Part shown: positions 53,562 through 64,000 of the stretch, piece after piece
Numbering within the stretch: the first letter of the stretch is position 1
Layout of the letters: each line of letters starts with the position of its first letter
NCBI RefSeq assembly: GCF_009914755.1
Contig: NC_060925.1
DNA from: the human T2T-CHM13v2.0 reference genome, Homo sapiens
DNA length: 64,000 nucleotides
Direction: 5' to 3' (one strand)
Program-made: the position numbers and the translations under genes
The notes under the pieces: model-generated
The model's input: the letters and a program-made list of their open reading frames with translations, nothing else
Databases searched by the model: none
Told to the model about the DNA's origin: nothing

Positions 53562-54330
53562 CGTGGGGTGGCGCCTTCGCAAGTGGACTCAGCGGCCCCA
53601 CTAACCCCCGAAATGGGGTCGCGCCTTCGGAAGGGGACCCAGCGGCCCCGCTGAGCCCCGGACATGGGGTCGCGCCTTCGGAAGGGGACCCAGCGGCCCC
53701 GCTGAGCCCCGGACATGGGGTCGCGCCTTCGGAAGGGGACCCAGCGGCCCCGCTGAGCCCCGGACATGGGGTCGCGCCTTCGGAAGGGGACCCAGCGGCC
53801 CCGCTGAGCCCCGGACATGGGGTCGCGCCTTCGGAAGGGGACCCAGCGGCCCCGCTGAGCCCCGGACATGGGGTCGCGCCTTCGGAAGGGGACCCAGCGG
53901 CCCCGCTGAGCCCCGGACATGGGGTCGCGCCTTCGGAAGGGGACCCAGCGGCCCCGCTGAGCCCCGGACATGGGGTCGCGCCTTCGGAAGGGGACCCAGC
54001 GGCCCCGCTGAGCCCCGGACATGGGGTCGCGCCTTCGGAAGGGGACCCAGCGGCCCCGCTGAGCCCCGGACATGGGGTCGCGCCTTCGGAAGGGGACCCA
54101 GCGGCCCCGCTGAGCCCCGGACATGGGGTCGCGCCTTCGGAAGGGGACCCAGCGGCCCCGCTGAGCCCCGGACATGGGGTCGCGCCTTCGGAAGGGGACC
54201 CAGCGGCCCCGCTGAGCCCCGGACATGGGGTCGCGCCTTCGGAAGGGGATCCAGTGGCCCCGCTGAGCCCCGGACATGGGGTCGCGCCTTCAGAAGGGGA
54301 CCTAGTGGCCCCGCTAATCCTCGAATGGGT
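53562..54330. repeat. CpG-rich minisatellite, 51-bp unit x~15
   Basis: catggggtcgcgccttcggaaggggacccagcggccccgctgagccccgga; central copies identical, edge copies degenerate. Confidence 0.98.
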
Positions 54331-55176
54331 CTGGTCCTTGCTCTTGTGAATGAGACTGATGGACGGTGCCCGCAGCTCACTTCCTGGCCAGCACGTCTGG
54401 AATTCCGGTTTTGTTTCCTCACTTGCAACCATTAAAGTTCGCATGCAAAGCTGGAGACACATTTTGACATCTTGGTCAAGATGCCCCATGCCTTGAGGTT
54501 ACCGGTCCTCATCCACCACCTGGTCTTAACGTTTCCTCTAAGGCCACCAGCAAAGTGGTCATGACCTTAGTCTTAGGTTGAACAATGTCATCTAAATGTA
54601 CTCTATGAAAAATCAGTTTGTTCTGTAGCAAAGGTGTTTTCAATATTGGTGTGTGTGACATGGGATGCTCAACAAAACCAGGCTTTTATCCATCTTTTAA
54701 GGTTTCTAAACTCTATAGATGGTAGTTTTCCTTCTGGGCCATTTAATAAGATAATACAACAAGGCTGACCCCATGACATGAGCCCTTCTCAAGGGCAGAT
54801 TTGGGCCCAAAGCATTACAGGCCTGAAGACTGTTAGACACGGCTGCGTGAAAAGCTCAAATTATCCTCTCTGAAACACTCAGGCCGAAAGTGCCTTCCAA
54901 TGTCAATACATAGTGCGGAGACATTGGTGGGCCTTTGTTTCCTGTCTTATTCTCTGACAGCCCATAATAGCAGACATTAGATTTGGAGTATTTTTTAAAA
55001 TCGAAACTGAAAAATATGTAAAGCCATCCAGCCATCTGAAGCAGTTGATTCAGCAACCCTCATGGCTGGATAAAACTTTATCCCAGCCGATGCCAGCTTG
55101 AAAAAAGCCGAATGAAACCCTACAGAGCATCTGCAGCCACACGCTGGGAGAAATCCTCCCAGGTGCCATCATCTAC

Positions 55177-55442
55177 GTGGTGTGCGCGGCGCAGCGGGAC
55201 GGGAGGGCTGCAGTGTGGTGTGAGCGGCGCAGCGGGATGGGCGGGTTGCCCCGTGGTGTGCGTGGCGCAGCGGGACGGGCGGGTTGCCCCGTGGTGTGCG
55301 CGGCGCAGCGGGACGGGCGGGTTGCCCCGTGGTGTGCGCCGTGCAGCGGGACGGGCGGGTTGCCCCGTGGTGTGCGCGGCGCAGCGGGATGGGCGGGTTG
55401 CCCCGTGGTGTGCGCGGCGCAGCGGGATGGGCGGGTTACCGA
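55177..55442. repeat. CpG-rich minisatellite, 38-bp unit x7
   Basis: gtggtgtgcgcggcgcagcgggacgggcgggttgcccc at 55177, 55215, 55253 ... 55405. Confidence 0.96.
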
Positions 55443-55989
55443 GGTGCAGCCAGCAGCCCAGACAGCTATGAGCACTCAGTGGACTTGGGCCCAAACACTG
55501 GGATCCAACTCCATCAGAAAAGCACATTATTAAAGGAATTCGTCCATTTTTCTGTATCTTAAAAAGACACTGCGGACACCAAAGACCTGGTATCTAAACA
55601 CTTGACATATGCCTAATTTTAACTTAAAATGCAGTCTCCTATCCCAGATCCCTCTGATTTATTCTCGGATGTCAACATTCCCCTCCGCGCTGAGCTCAGC
55701 ACGGAGGCTGTTGTGCGGTACCTACAGCAGGTGAATGGGCGGCTGCCGACCGCCCCGAGCCACGCCCCCAGGCCAGGCTCCTGAAGGAAAGGTGCGAGCC
55801 GGCTCATATCACAGCGCATTTTCTATCGTTGAATTAAAGGGAGTGCCGAAATCCTAAAAAATCTAAATTAAGATTTTTAAAATGTTTTTTCTTCAAAACT
55901 GGACAAAAGATCAGACAATAATACTTAGTGGCTTATAATGCTCTGACCTAAAATATACACACCACTATATACGCTCCCCGGCTCCCTCC

Positions 55990-56450
55990 AACCCCGCCAA
56001 TCTACCAGCCACTCGGGAGCCACCTCAGTCATCAGACCCAGGGCAGCAGACAGTGCCTGTGTTCACGACACCCTTATCTGACTCAGTAGCAGCCCAAAGC
56101 ACGGGCGGTGGGGCTCGCAATCTGGATACGCCAAAGAGAAGCCACAAAGTGCTTCCTTTAAATGACGAGCTGAAAGTTCTTGACGCAACAAGGAAAGAAA
56201 AAATCCTATGCTGAGGTTGTTGCTCAGATCTTCAGTAAGACCAAATCTTCTATCCATGCAATTATAAACAGTATATTGTTATCCTTGTTCTATACTATGA
56301 TTGTTGCTAATCTCTTACTGTATCTAATTTATAAATTAAATGTATCACAGGTATGCTGTATAGGAAAAAACACAGGAAATACAGGGTTTGGTACAATCTG
56401 AATCCCCTGGTGGTCTTAGAATGCATCCCCTGAGGATAAGGGGAGACTAG
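55990..56450 (+). mobile_element. MER44/Tigger7-family DNA transposon relic
   Basis: GCCAAAGAGAAGCC..AAAGTGCTTCCTTTAA; TAATCTCTTACTGT..TAATTTATAAATTAAA; ends GGATAAGGGGGAGACTA. Confidence 0.75.
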
Positions 56451-56547
56451 CATACTCCAAACACACCCCCTCTCGCACTCCCCAGCTGTTTCGAGAGCAG
56501 AGGACAGGATCACATGGCCAGTAAGGTGTCTTGGGGCTGACACTTAC

Positions 56548-56664
56548 ATGGAATTCCGTGGTGTTGAGAATGTGGCGCCCGTCCGGGCTCCAGCACGAGG
56601 CCACCAGCCCGGCTGAGCCCTCGTCTATTTTGCAGTGCCATTCGGGCTGCTCTAAAGACCAGAC
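56548..56664 (-). CDS. WRAP73: WRAP73 coding exon 3, VWSLEQPEWHCKIDEGSAGLVASCWSPDGRHILNTTEFH
   Basis: atccag|GTCTGG...CAT|gtaagt; 117 nt. Confidence 0.95.
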
Positions 56665-57288
56665 CTGGATTGAGAGAAGAAAGAAACACACAAGTGCAAA
56701 CTCATCAGCACCGAGAGACAGCGAGGACAGCTCGCTTAAACGCAGCGGAGACCCGACCGCACAGGGTGTCTTCAAACTCATCAGCAGTCTATAGCGAGGC
56801 CTCGCCGAGAGACAACTCCCTTAAAACCAGAGAGACCCGATCACACAGGGTGTCTTTTAGAACCTTTCATGATGAAGGGCTGGTGCTGGATTCCAGTGTA
56901 AAAGTAAGCCACGCTTCTTGGTGATTTCATTTCGTTGTTGTTTTAAAACTGTTTATTCACATTGTCATTCCTAAGACCTCATTTAGTTAAGCTTTGGACA
57001 CAGAAGAAAACACGACTTCTTAGGACTTCCTGAAACACACCACATCCGCGTGGCTAGATTGCTGTCAACACCTCCGTTTCTCAACTATATTGCTTAGAAA
57101 TTAAGACTACGTTGGAGTTTCCTTAGTTTAAATGTTCTTAAACTTTAGAGAACGTTATAATTTCAAAAGAAAACTGGCTTTGAGCTGCACGGACTTTTTT
57201 TTCAAACTAGAAAGGCACAGAACAAAACCCCTCCTTCCCAGGGGCCCTCAGAAGGTGTCCAGATTCTAAGCGACACGGCAGCACACAC

Positions 57289-57441
57289 CTGCACCAGCCC
57301 TCGCTTGTACATGGCGCACAGGATGAAGAGCGAGTCTGCCGACCACTCGATGTGCTGGATCTGGTCTAGGCACGTGTACAGCTGAAGGATCTGAAGGGTG
57401 TTCACATCCCGGACCACTAACCGGTACTGGACACAGGAAGC
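57289..57441 (-). CDS. WRAP73: WRAP73 coding exon 2, [51 protein letters not shown]
   Basis: tttttag|GCTTCC...GTGCAG|gtgtgt; 153 nt. Confidence 0.95.
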
Positions 57442-59404
57442 CTAAAAAATATGAGAAAGCAAGCACCTGACATTCTCCACTCCAAAAGAGGGGGGCCTTC
57501 GGAATGCTACTGCCCTGGCCTTCAGTGACTGTGGCCTTCTCTCCTGCCAGAGGTTTCATGTCTAGATCACCAGTGACATCCCCAGCCCCTAAAGATCAGT
57601 TCAGTTCATACAAGGGTAATGTTGAAATATACAAGCCAGGTTTTAATATTGCTATACTCTATTGTAAAGTATAAAAGTATGTTTTAACTCGCTACTTAAA
57701 GCTTTAAGACATTTTTAAGTCCCTTCTTATCTGTATGTTAAAAACTAAACTTAAATGGGAAGTAGCATTGGGAGAAAGCTCTTCTGTGAACTAATAACCA
57801 AAATCCTCTGCTAGTTTTATAAACACTTTTGGACAATTTCCTCAAATTTATAAAGGGTAAGAATTGAGGCTTCACAGATGACAACGAAAATGGCAAGGAA
57901 TGCATCAATCTTCTTATGCAGTGCCGAACTCAGAGCCAAAACAACAGAAGATCAAAAGACAGGCTTTCACTTCTGCACACATAAAGATGCTTCGCAAATG
58001 CTCATTTATCTCCATTAACCTATTCCTAACACGAAACGGGAAATGTTTAAGTGTTAGTACTATTTTCTTAAAGATAGTTTCTTCTTGTCCATATTTGTTC
58101 ATTATGTCCCTATCCAAGCAAACAATTTCAAGTAAAAATAACGCCTGAGTACTCACCTGCTGAATGTATATTTTACTACAGTTTCAAGATCAAGAACTGA
58201 TGTTTAAATATTAACTGCTTCGTTAGTTTTACTTATCAAGGTCAAAGTAGTTTGTGTTTTATGAACCGATATCAAAAAAGAAAGCCACGTTAGTTTTCCG
58301 TGGGAGAAAAGAGAGACAGGCGGGTGACGGCAGATTGGAACAAGGAGCTACCACAGCACTTACTTTCTCACACTGTAGCTTTGAAAACTGTGATCAGTTA
58401 CAGTGAATTCCTTATGAAATGGAATATTTTTACCAACACCTTGAGGAACCACATAAACTCTACTGCAAGATATGAAAACTAGAAACATGGACCTGCTCTC
58501 CCCAGTCCTCAGGGCTTTCAAGAAGATGATTCCAGTAACAGATCATTACCAAGTGTTTCAGGGTATTTTGACCAGAGTGTACAAGCTGGAAAAAAACACC
58601 CAAGTTAAGCAAGCAGATGTAATCTTTCTCCTTATAATTCACTGAAATTTTCATAAATGGTAAAAACAAAAAACAAACCTCTCATTTAATTGAGGAGGGG
58701 GGCACATTGAAAATATACCAAGGCTGAGATGCCATTTAAACTAATGAGGTTTTCTGTTTTGTAGCTGATGCTATTTTATGTGATTTGGAATAAAACCTCC
58801 CTGAAGAGGTAAAAAACGTAATTTGAGAGTTAAACTCTCAAAAGCTAGACAGAGCACAGGAATGTCAGGAGTGGCAAAACCTGAAAAAGCATCATGATAC
58901 ATCAGTCAGTTAGTACAGGTGGTGGATAAGGAAAACGAAGCCCACTTTTTACGAGGCATGTTTCTTCTTAGTGGCTTTCCAATGCCAATTGTCCCCCTCT
59001 TCTGAGGACATACATACTAGGCATCCGGGTTATCCCTCTCTTCTGAGGATATACACTACTAGGCATCCAGGTACATACACTATATGTTTTGAAGCTTAAA
59101 GTTATAGCTCTGTGATTTAAGCACCCTTCTGCCACCCATGGAACGAAGACCTCAAATCCCAGCCATGAGGACAACTACTTCCTTACCTGGGGATAGAATA
59201 CTAGTATTTAAATCATTTATTCGGCATGTGGTAGAGGAGAAGAGAATTAGAGGAGAAGTAGAGATGACAAAGTAGCCACACCACTTACCAGTTTACAGGC
59301 AACAGAATCATCAATTTGCCTTTTGTGACAAAGTAACAACAAAGAGCCGACATCTCCTATACCCTCACCTGTGTGCAGTCGGCACTGCCGATACCCACCT
59401 TTCC

Positions 59405-59710
59405 AAGGGCACCTCCCCAGACCCCCCACCTGTCTACGGTATCTTCCTGGGTCCCGCACCTGCCCGGGCACCTGCCGGGGTCCTGCACCTGTCCGGCCCC
59501 CATATCTGCTTGGGGTACCTGCCTGGGCCCCGCACCTGCTTGGGGTACCTGCCTGGGCCCCGCACCTGCTTGGGGCACCTCCCCGGGCCCTCCACCTGTC
59601 TAGGGTATCTTCCTGGGTCCCGCACCTGTCTGGGGCACTTGCTCAGACACTGCACCTGCCCCGGGTACCTGCCCGGGCCCCGCACCTGTCCGGGCACCGC
59701 ACCTGCAGGA
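59405..59710. repeat. Diverged 30-bp tandem repeat in WRAP73 intron 1, about 10 copies
   Basis: ggggtacctgcctgggccccgcacctgctt and variants with 30-bp period. Confidence 0.9.
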
Positions 59711-59811
59711 TCCCCAAGCTGCCTCCACCCACGCGGCCGCCCCCGGCCCTGCCCGCCGGGGACGCTGGCACCGAGGATGTCCTGCCCGTGGCCCAGGTCC
59801 CCGCCGCTCAC

Positions 59812-59880
59812 CAGGTACTTGCCGTCCGGGGAGAACTTGCAGAGTAAGCTGGAGAGCTTGAATACCTCGGAGAAGTTCAT
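59812..59880 (-). CDS. WRAP73: WRAP73 (WDR8) coding exon 1, [23 protein letters not shown]
   Basis: gcggccATG Kozak context; donor CTG|gtgagc; 69 nt. Confidence 0.96.
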
Positions 59881-59939
59881 GGCCGCCGCCTGCCGCGGGC
59901 GCCACCCTGCGCCCGAAAACCCGCGGGACCCCTGGGCGC

Positions 59940-60110
59940 GCACAACAGCCGACGCCGGCCTCCGAGGCCGGAAGTCAGAAGGCGGAAGTGAACTGCAGCC
60001 TATCAGCGCCGCCGACTTCCGCGCGGCATTGTGGGGCTTGTAGTTCTTGTGCCGCAGGGCTTTAAAGGAAACGCCCACGTTTCTTCCGACCAGGGATTTC
60101 CGACCCGAGA
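59940..60110 (-). promoter_or_regulatory. WRAP73: WRAP73 core promoter: ETS/GABPA cluster plus ZNF143/THAP11-type ACTACA-SBS motif
   Basis: CCGGAAGT 59968, GCGGAAGT 59982, ACTTCCG 60015; minus strand GAACTACAAGCCCCACAATGC at 60026-60046. Confidence 0.75.
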
Positions 60111-60152
60111 ACCTTACCTCAAAGGCCGGGAGGCCTTTGAGCACCTCCAGCT

Positions 60153-60307
60153 AGGGCTGCTGATAAAAATGTAGAAAGCACAGTAAAATTTGAATTTCAG
60201 ATTCACAACAAATCTAGTTATAAGTATGTTCCCAAATATTGCACGGGACATGCTAATACGGAAAAATTACTCGCTAGTCTGAAATTCAAATTTAATTGAG
60301 CGACCTG
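60153..60307. mobile_element. MER53 palindromic hAT MITE
   Basis: AAATTTGAATTTCAGA (60186-60201) and TCTGAAATTCAAATTT (60278-60293) form a perfect inverted pair; central TATAAGTATGT.CCCAAATATTGCA.GGGACAT. Confidence 0.85.
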
Positions 60308-60465
60308 TGTGTCTGCGTGTGTGTACACATGCATATATATATATTTATATTTATATGTAAATGTATGTTTACATGTAAATATATGTTTACCTACAAATAT
60401 ATCTTTAATAAGTAATACGGTGTCTGTCGCACATATATTATATCGTGTATGTAATGTATAAGTAT
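60306..60465. repeat. (TG)n/(TA)n AT-rich simple repeat
   Basis: Direct read; AT-rich spacer between the two CpG islands. Confidence 0.85.
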
Positions 60466-60579
60466 TTATTTCGTTTGCTTGGGGTTTTGTTTGCTTTTGC
60501 TGAGTCCGACCCCTCTACCTGCCGCCTGGCCCTTGCCTCACGCTCCAGTGCCACTGAGATCAAGGAGAGAACGAATTTG

Positions 60580-62388
60580 CCGCTGACTGGGCAGAGCGAG
60601 CGCGTGGATCGCGGCCACCGCCCGTTCATCACCCGCGCGCATCTGGGCTGGCACCGGGCGAAGAATCGTGCGGGTCTGGGACCTGGGGGCCCAGAGGGAG
60701 CGAGCTCCTGCGCGGGCGCTCGGTCCGCAGGTTTCGCAGGCTCAGGGGCGTGCCTCGTTCTCACCCCCACTCCGGACCCCGGTCCTCTTCCCTAGACAGC
60801 GGCCCCCTCCACCCCTGGCTCCCGCAGGCCGCTAGTAGTCCGCGCCAGGCCCCGCCGGCGCCTCTAGGGCCCCCCAGATCGCGCAGACCCTGACATCCCC
60901 GCCTGGCCCTGGGTTCTGGGAGCTGAGAGCCGGCCAGGGTCCTGCTCGTACCTCCGGGCGCCCAGCCTCGGGTCTGCTCCCCGCGGACGCCCCAACCTCC
61001 CCGGCCGAATGGATGGTGGTGCGCGCGCGTCCTACTCCGGCGGTGCCGGCCTTTTCTGTTGCCAAAACTAGACCCAAACCTCTGCATGGGATTCGTCTTT
61101 GGGTCCCCACCCCGTGCGCCCAGCAAACAGTGGGTGAGCCATGAAGATGTGCGAGTCAGCCGGACCCTCCCCGTCAGGCGCGGACCCGCTGCGGCCAGAG
61201 AACCCAGTCTGCGCCAGCCCGGCTCGCTCGCGAAGCCACGGGCTTCACTGACGCGACTTTCCAAGACGTGGGGGTCACCATGGGCAGAGGACATCGGTTC
61301 GGAGCCAGATCACGGGCCCCATAAGCATCAGACCATAAGCAGCGCCGCCACTGAGAGCCGCTCGGAACTCGCCCAGCATGTCGGGTCCCCTAGCCAGGGC
61401 CTGGTGTACGTGGTCGAGGGCCCTGGAAGCCCCGATGGCCTAGGAGGAGCAGGCGGGCGGGGCGGCGGGTGTCGCTGGCCGGTAGAGAGCTTCGGCCTGA
61501 CCTAGCGCAGGTCTGGTGCGCGCAGAGAACAACTCCAAGCGCACCGACGCCCGCGAGCTCCTTCCAAACACCGAACGGGATCCAGAGCCCGAGCCCACAG
61601 GCGGCGGCCGGGGGAGGGAGCAGGGTGCTGGCCGCCGCCCGGGAGTGTTCGCGTCCTGGGTGACCCCTGGAAGGACGTGGGGCCCAAACTCCGGCTGGGG
61701 TTGGGAGAGCAGCCCCCAGAGGCTCTCCGCGGGATCCTCTGCCGGGCGGGACCGTGGCTCCACAGGAGAAGTGGGTGGCAAGCCCTGCTTGGCGGAAAGC
61801 AGCCGTTCCCCTCCTCCTGGGCCTGGGGCGGCGCCCCTCACCCCTGTTCCCCGCCCCTCACCCCTGTTCCCCGCCGGCCACATCCCCTGCCCCTTGGATT
61901 CCAAGCGCCCCGCGCGCCGAGGAGCCCAGCGCTAGTGGCGGCGGCCAGGAGAGACCCGGGTGTCAGGAAAGATGGGCCGTCTGGGGGACAGCAGGGAGTC
62001 CGGGGGAAACGCAGGCGTCGGGCACAGAGTCGGCACCGGCGTCCCCAGCTCTGCCGAAGATCGCGGTCGGGTCTGGCCCGCGGGAGGGGCCCTGGCGCCG
62101 GACCTGCTTCGGCCCTGCGTGGGCGGCCTCGCCGGGCTCTGCAGGAGCGACGCGCGCCAAAAGGCGGCGGGAAGGAGGCGGGGCAGAGCGCGCCCGGGAC
62201 CCCGACTTGGACGCGGCCAGCTGGAGAGGCGGAGCGCCGGGAGGAGACCTTGGCCCCGCCGCGACTCGGTGGCCCGCGCTGCCTTCCCGCGCGCCGGGCT
62301 AAAAAGGCGCTAACGCCCGCGGCCGCCTACTCCCCGCGGCGCCTCCCCTCCCCGCGCCCATATAACCCGCCTAGGGGCCGGGCAGCCC
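60580..62388 (+). promoter_or_regulatory. TP73: TP73 P1 (TAp73) CpG-island promoter with E2F sites and a TATA-like box
   Basis: CpG-rich; CGCGCCAAAA 62153-62162, GGCGGGAA 62166-62173, TTCCCGCG 62284-62291; TATAA at 62361. Confidence 0.85.
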
Positions 62389-62514
62389 GCCCTGCCTCCC
62401 CGCCCGCGCACCCGCCCGGAGGCTCGCGCGCCCGCGAAGGGGACGCAGCGAAACCGGGGCCCGCGCCAGGCCAGCCGGGACGGACGCCGATGCCCGGGGC
62501 TGCGACGGCTGCAG
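62389..62514 (+). other. TP73: TP73 non-coding exon 1 (5'UTR of TAp73)
   Basis: Recognised sequence GGGGACGCAGCGAAACCGGGGCCCGCGCCAGG...GGCTGCAG|gtagga. Start approximate (about 28 nt after TATAA). Coding exons lie beyond the right edge. Confidence 0.88.
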
Positions 62515-63761
62515 GTAGGAGGCCCAGGGCCGGGGGGCGGTTCGGCTCCGCGGGCGGGGGCTGGAGCGCAGCGCTGGGCAGGCACCTGGGCTCGCAGCTC
62601 CGAAGCTGGGAGGTGAGGGGAGAGCGATCGGGGACGAGCTGGGACAAGGCGACACAGGGGCTCCCTCGGAGTTGGATCGGCCCCTGGGACTTGGCGCTCG
62701 CGAGAGGCTGGAGCGGCCAGAGTCTAGCCTGCGAGGAGACGCGGGTCCTGCCCTCAGCGCCGGCCGCCTTTGGCGCCAAAGACAGCCCCGCAGGGGTTCC
62801 GGGAGGGCCCTCCTCCTGCTGTCCCCTCTCCACCCCGGGCTCCGAGGGCCGTTGGGAGGGTAACCCCGGGAAGAGGCCGGGGTGCGGGGCGCGGGTGCAG
62901 GTGGAAATCGCCAGCAAGCTCCTCCCCGCCCGCGCGCTCCCTCCGACCTGCAGGGCTGTGCCAATCCCGAGGCCTCAGCTTCCCTGAGGAGCCAGGGCCA
63001 GGCCCCCCTCTGGACAGGGAGAAGGATCTGGGCGGGGGCCTTGACCCATGGAGTTGGTTACTAAGCGGTTTCGATGGTTTCCCGAGGGACAGCTCCCTGT
63101 GGCTCTGAGTTTGTCTGTCGAGGGCTCCTGGCCTGTCTCCGGAGCGGTCCCAGGTAGAGAAAGCCCGTGAAGAAATGGCCCGGGCCGGCCTGGAGGGAGA
63201 CACCTCACGCCCCCTTAGCTCCTGGGCCGCCTCCTCCTGCAGCCCCTGCCTTTCCCGGGGCTTGGACTTGGGGAGCGATGATTACCTTTGCTCAGCTTGT
63301 ATTTTGGCCTGGACGCTAGGAGATAAGCCCATGTAGTATGCACACGTCTGCTACATAAACAGGGGACAGATAGACGATCTTCAACCAGCAAGGGTGCAGG
63401 GAAAAGCAATGCACCCCAAACTTCTGACCAGAGGTCATTTGCTTCCAAAGATGCTGCCATCTGTTTATTCACTGTCTGGACATTTGGAAATGGCTCAGGC
63501 TCATTAACACAATGCTTTGGTTTTTGTTGTTTTGTTTTTTGTTGCTGTCATTGCTGTTTATTTGTTCAGCCTTAGCTCTGGGGGAGGAGTAAACAAAGCG
63601 CGTGGCCTCTGGCACTTACTGAGCGCTGAGCCACCCCTCTTTGGATTTATTCGGGGAAAGATTAAAAAGCATTTCATTAAGAACAGGACACGGTGTTTGA
63701 AATGTTGCCATATATGAATGTATGCATTACGTATGTAGTTTTTAAAATAAGATAAAAAGTT

Positions 63762-64000
63762 GGCTGGGCACGGTAGCTCACGCCTGTCATCCCTCACAGC
63801 CTTTGGGAGGCCAAGGTGGGTGGATCACCTGAGGTCAGGAGTTCGAGACCAGCCTGGCCATCATGGTGAAACCCAGTCTCTACTTGAAATACAAAAATTA
63901 GCTGGGCATGGTGGCAGGCACCTGTACTCCCAGCTACTCGGGAGGCTGAGGCACAAGAATTGCTTGAACCTGGGATGGAGAGGTTGCAGCGAGCTGATAT
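63762..64000 (+). mobile_element. Alu (AluS-like), truncated by the window edge, in TP73 intron 1
   Basis: GGATCACCTGAGGTCAGGAGTTCGAGACCAGCCTGGCCA. Confidence 0.95.

Noticed and set aside
53486-54489. Long repetitive ORFs and a CRISPR-like appearance of the 51-bp array
   Set aside because: Head-to-tail identical units with no unique spacers, no cas genes, and a human intron context. The ORFs follow from a stop-free unit whose length is a multiple of 3.
56711-56865. Small two-copy local duplications (also ~1026-1095, 10240-10290, 26511-26601, 27133-27300, 58997-59075, 61833-61875)
   Set aside because: Ordinary short tandem duplications typical of this region, with no additional signal.
59881-60144. 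N-terminal extension of WRAP73 suggested by ORF 59434..60144
   Set aside because: Starts at a GTG upstream of the core promoter; the Kozak ATG at 59880 gives the known 460-aa protein.
61677-62987. 436-aa ORF across the TP73 promoter and exon 1
   Set aside because: CpG-island ORF without an ATG start that runs through the splice donor; TP73 exon 1 is non-coding.

Overview
Human (primate) genomic DNA, recognisable as the GC-rich subtelomeric 1p36.32 cluster. It contains the first three coding exons and CpG-island promoter of MEGF6 (- strand; the gene runs off the left edge). TPRG1L is complete (+, 5 coding exons, 819 nt, 272 aa). WRAP73 is complete (-, 12 coding exons, 1383 nt, 460 aa). The TAp73 (P1) promoter and non-coding exon 1 of TP73 (+) lie at the right end. 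All exon boundaries were read from the sequence; they are GT-AG with consistent phases. The non-coding DNA holds Alu, MIR, L1, MaLR/ERV LTRs and MER DNA-transposon relics, including a three-level nest (LTR13 in THE1D in MLT1, TSDs visible), plus about a dozen GC-rich minisatellites. Repeat family names were assigned from memory of consensus sequences, not by a search. Nearly all long ORFs in the supplied track are artefacts of GC-rich or tandem-repeat sequence. I cannot support a new gene or a wholly new biological system. The best leads are cis-regulatory or structural and remain hypotheses: a phased CACCTG E-box array next to the WRAP73/TP73 promoters, a candidate hairpin-containing micro-exon whose acceptor comes from a MER53, a minisatellite carrying the PRDM9 motif, an MRE-rich repeat, and a diverged duplicated element in MEGF6 intron 2.
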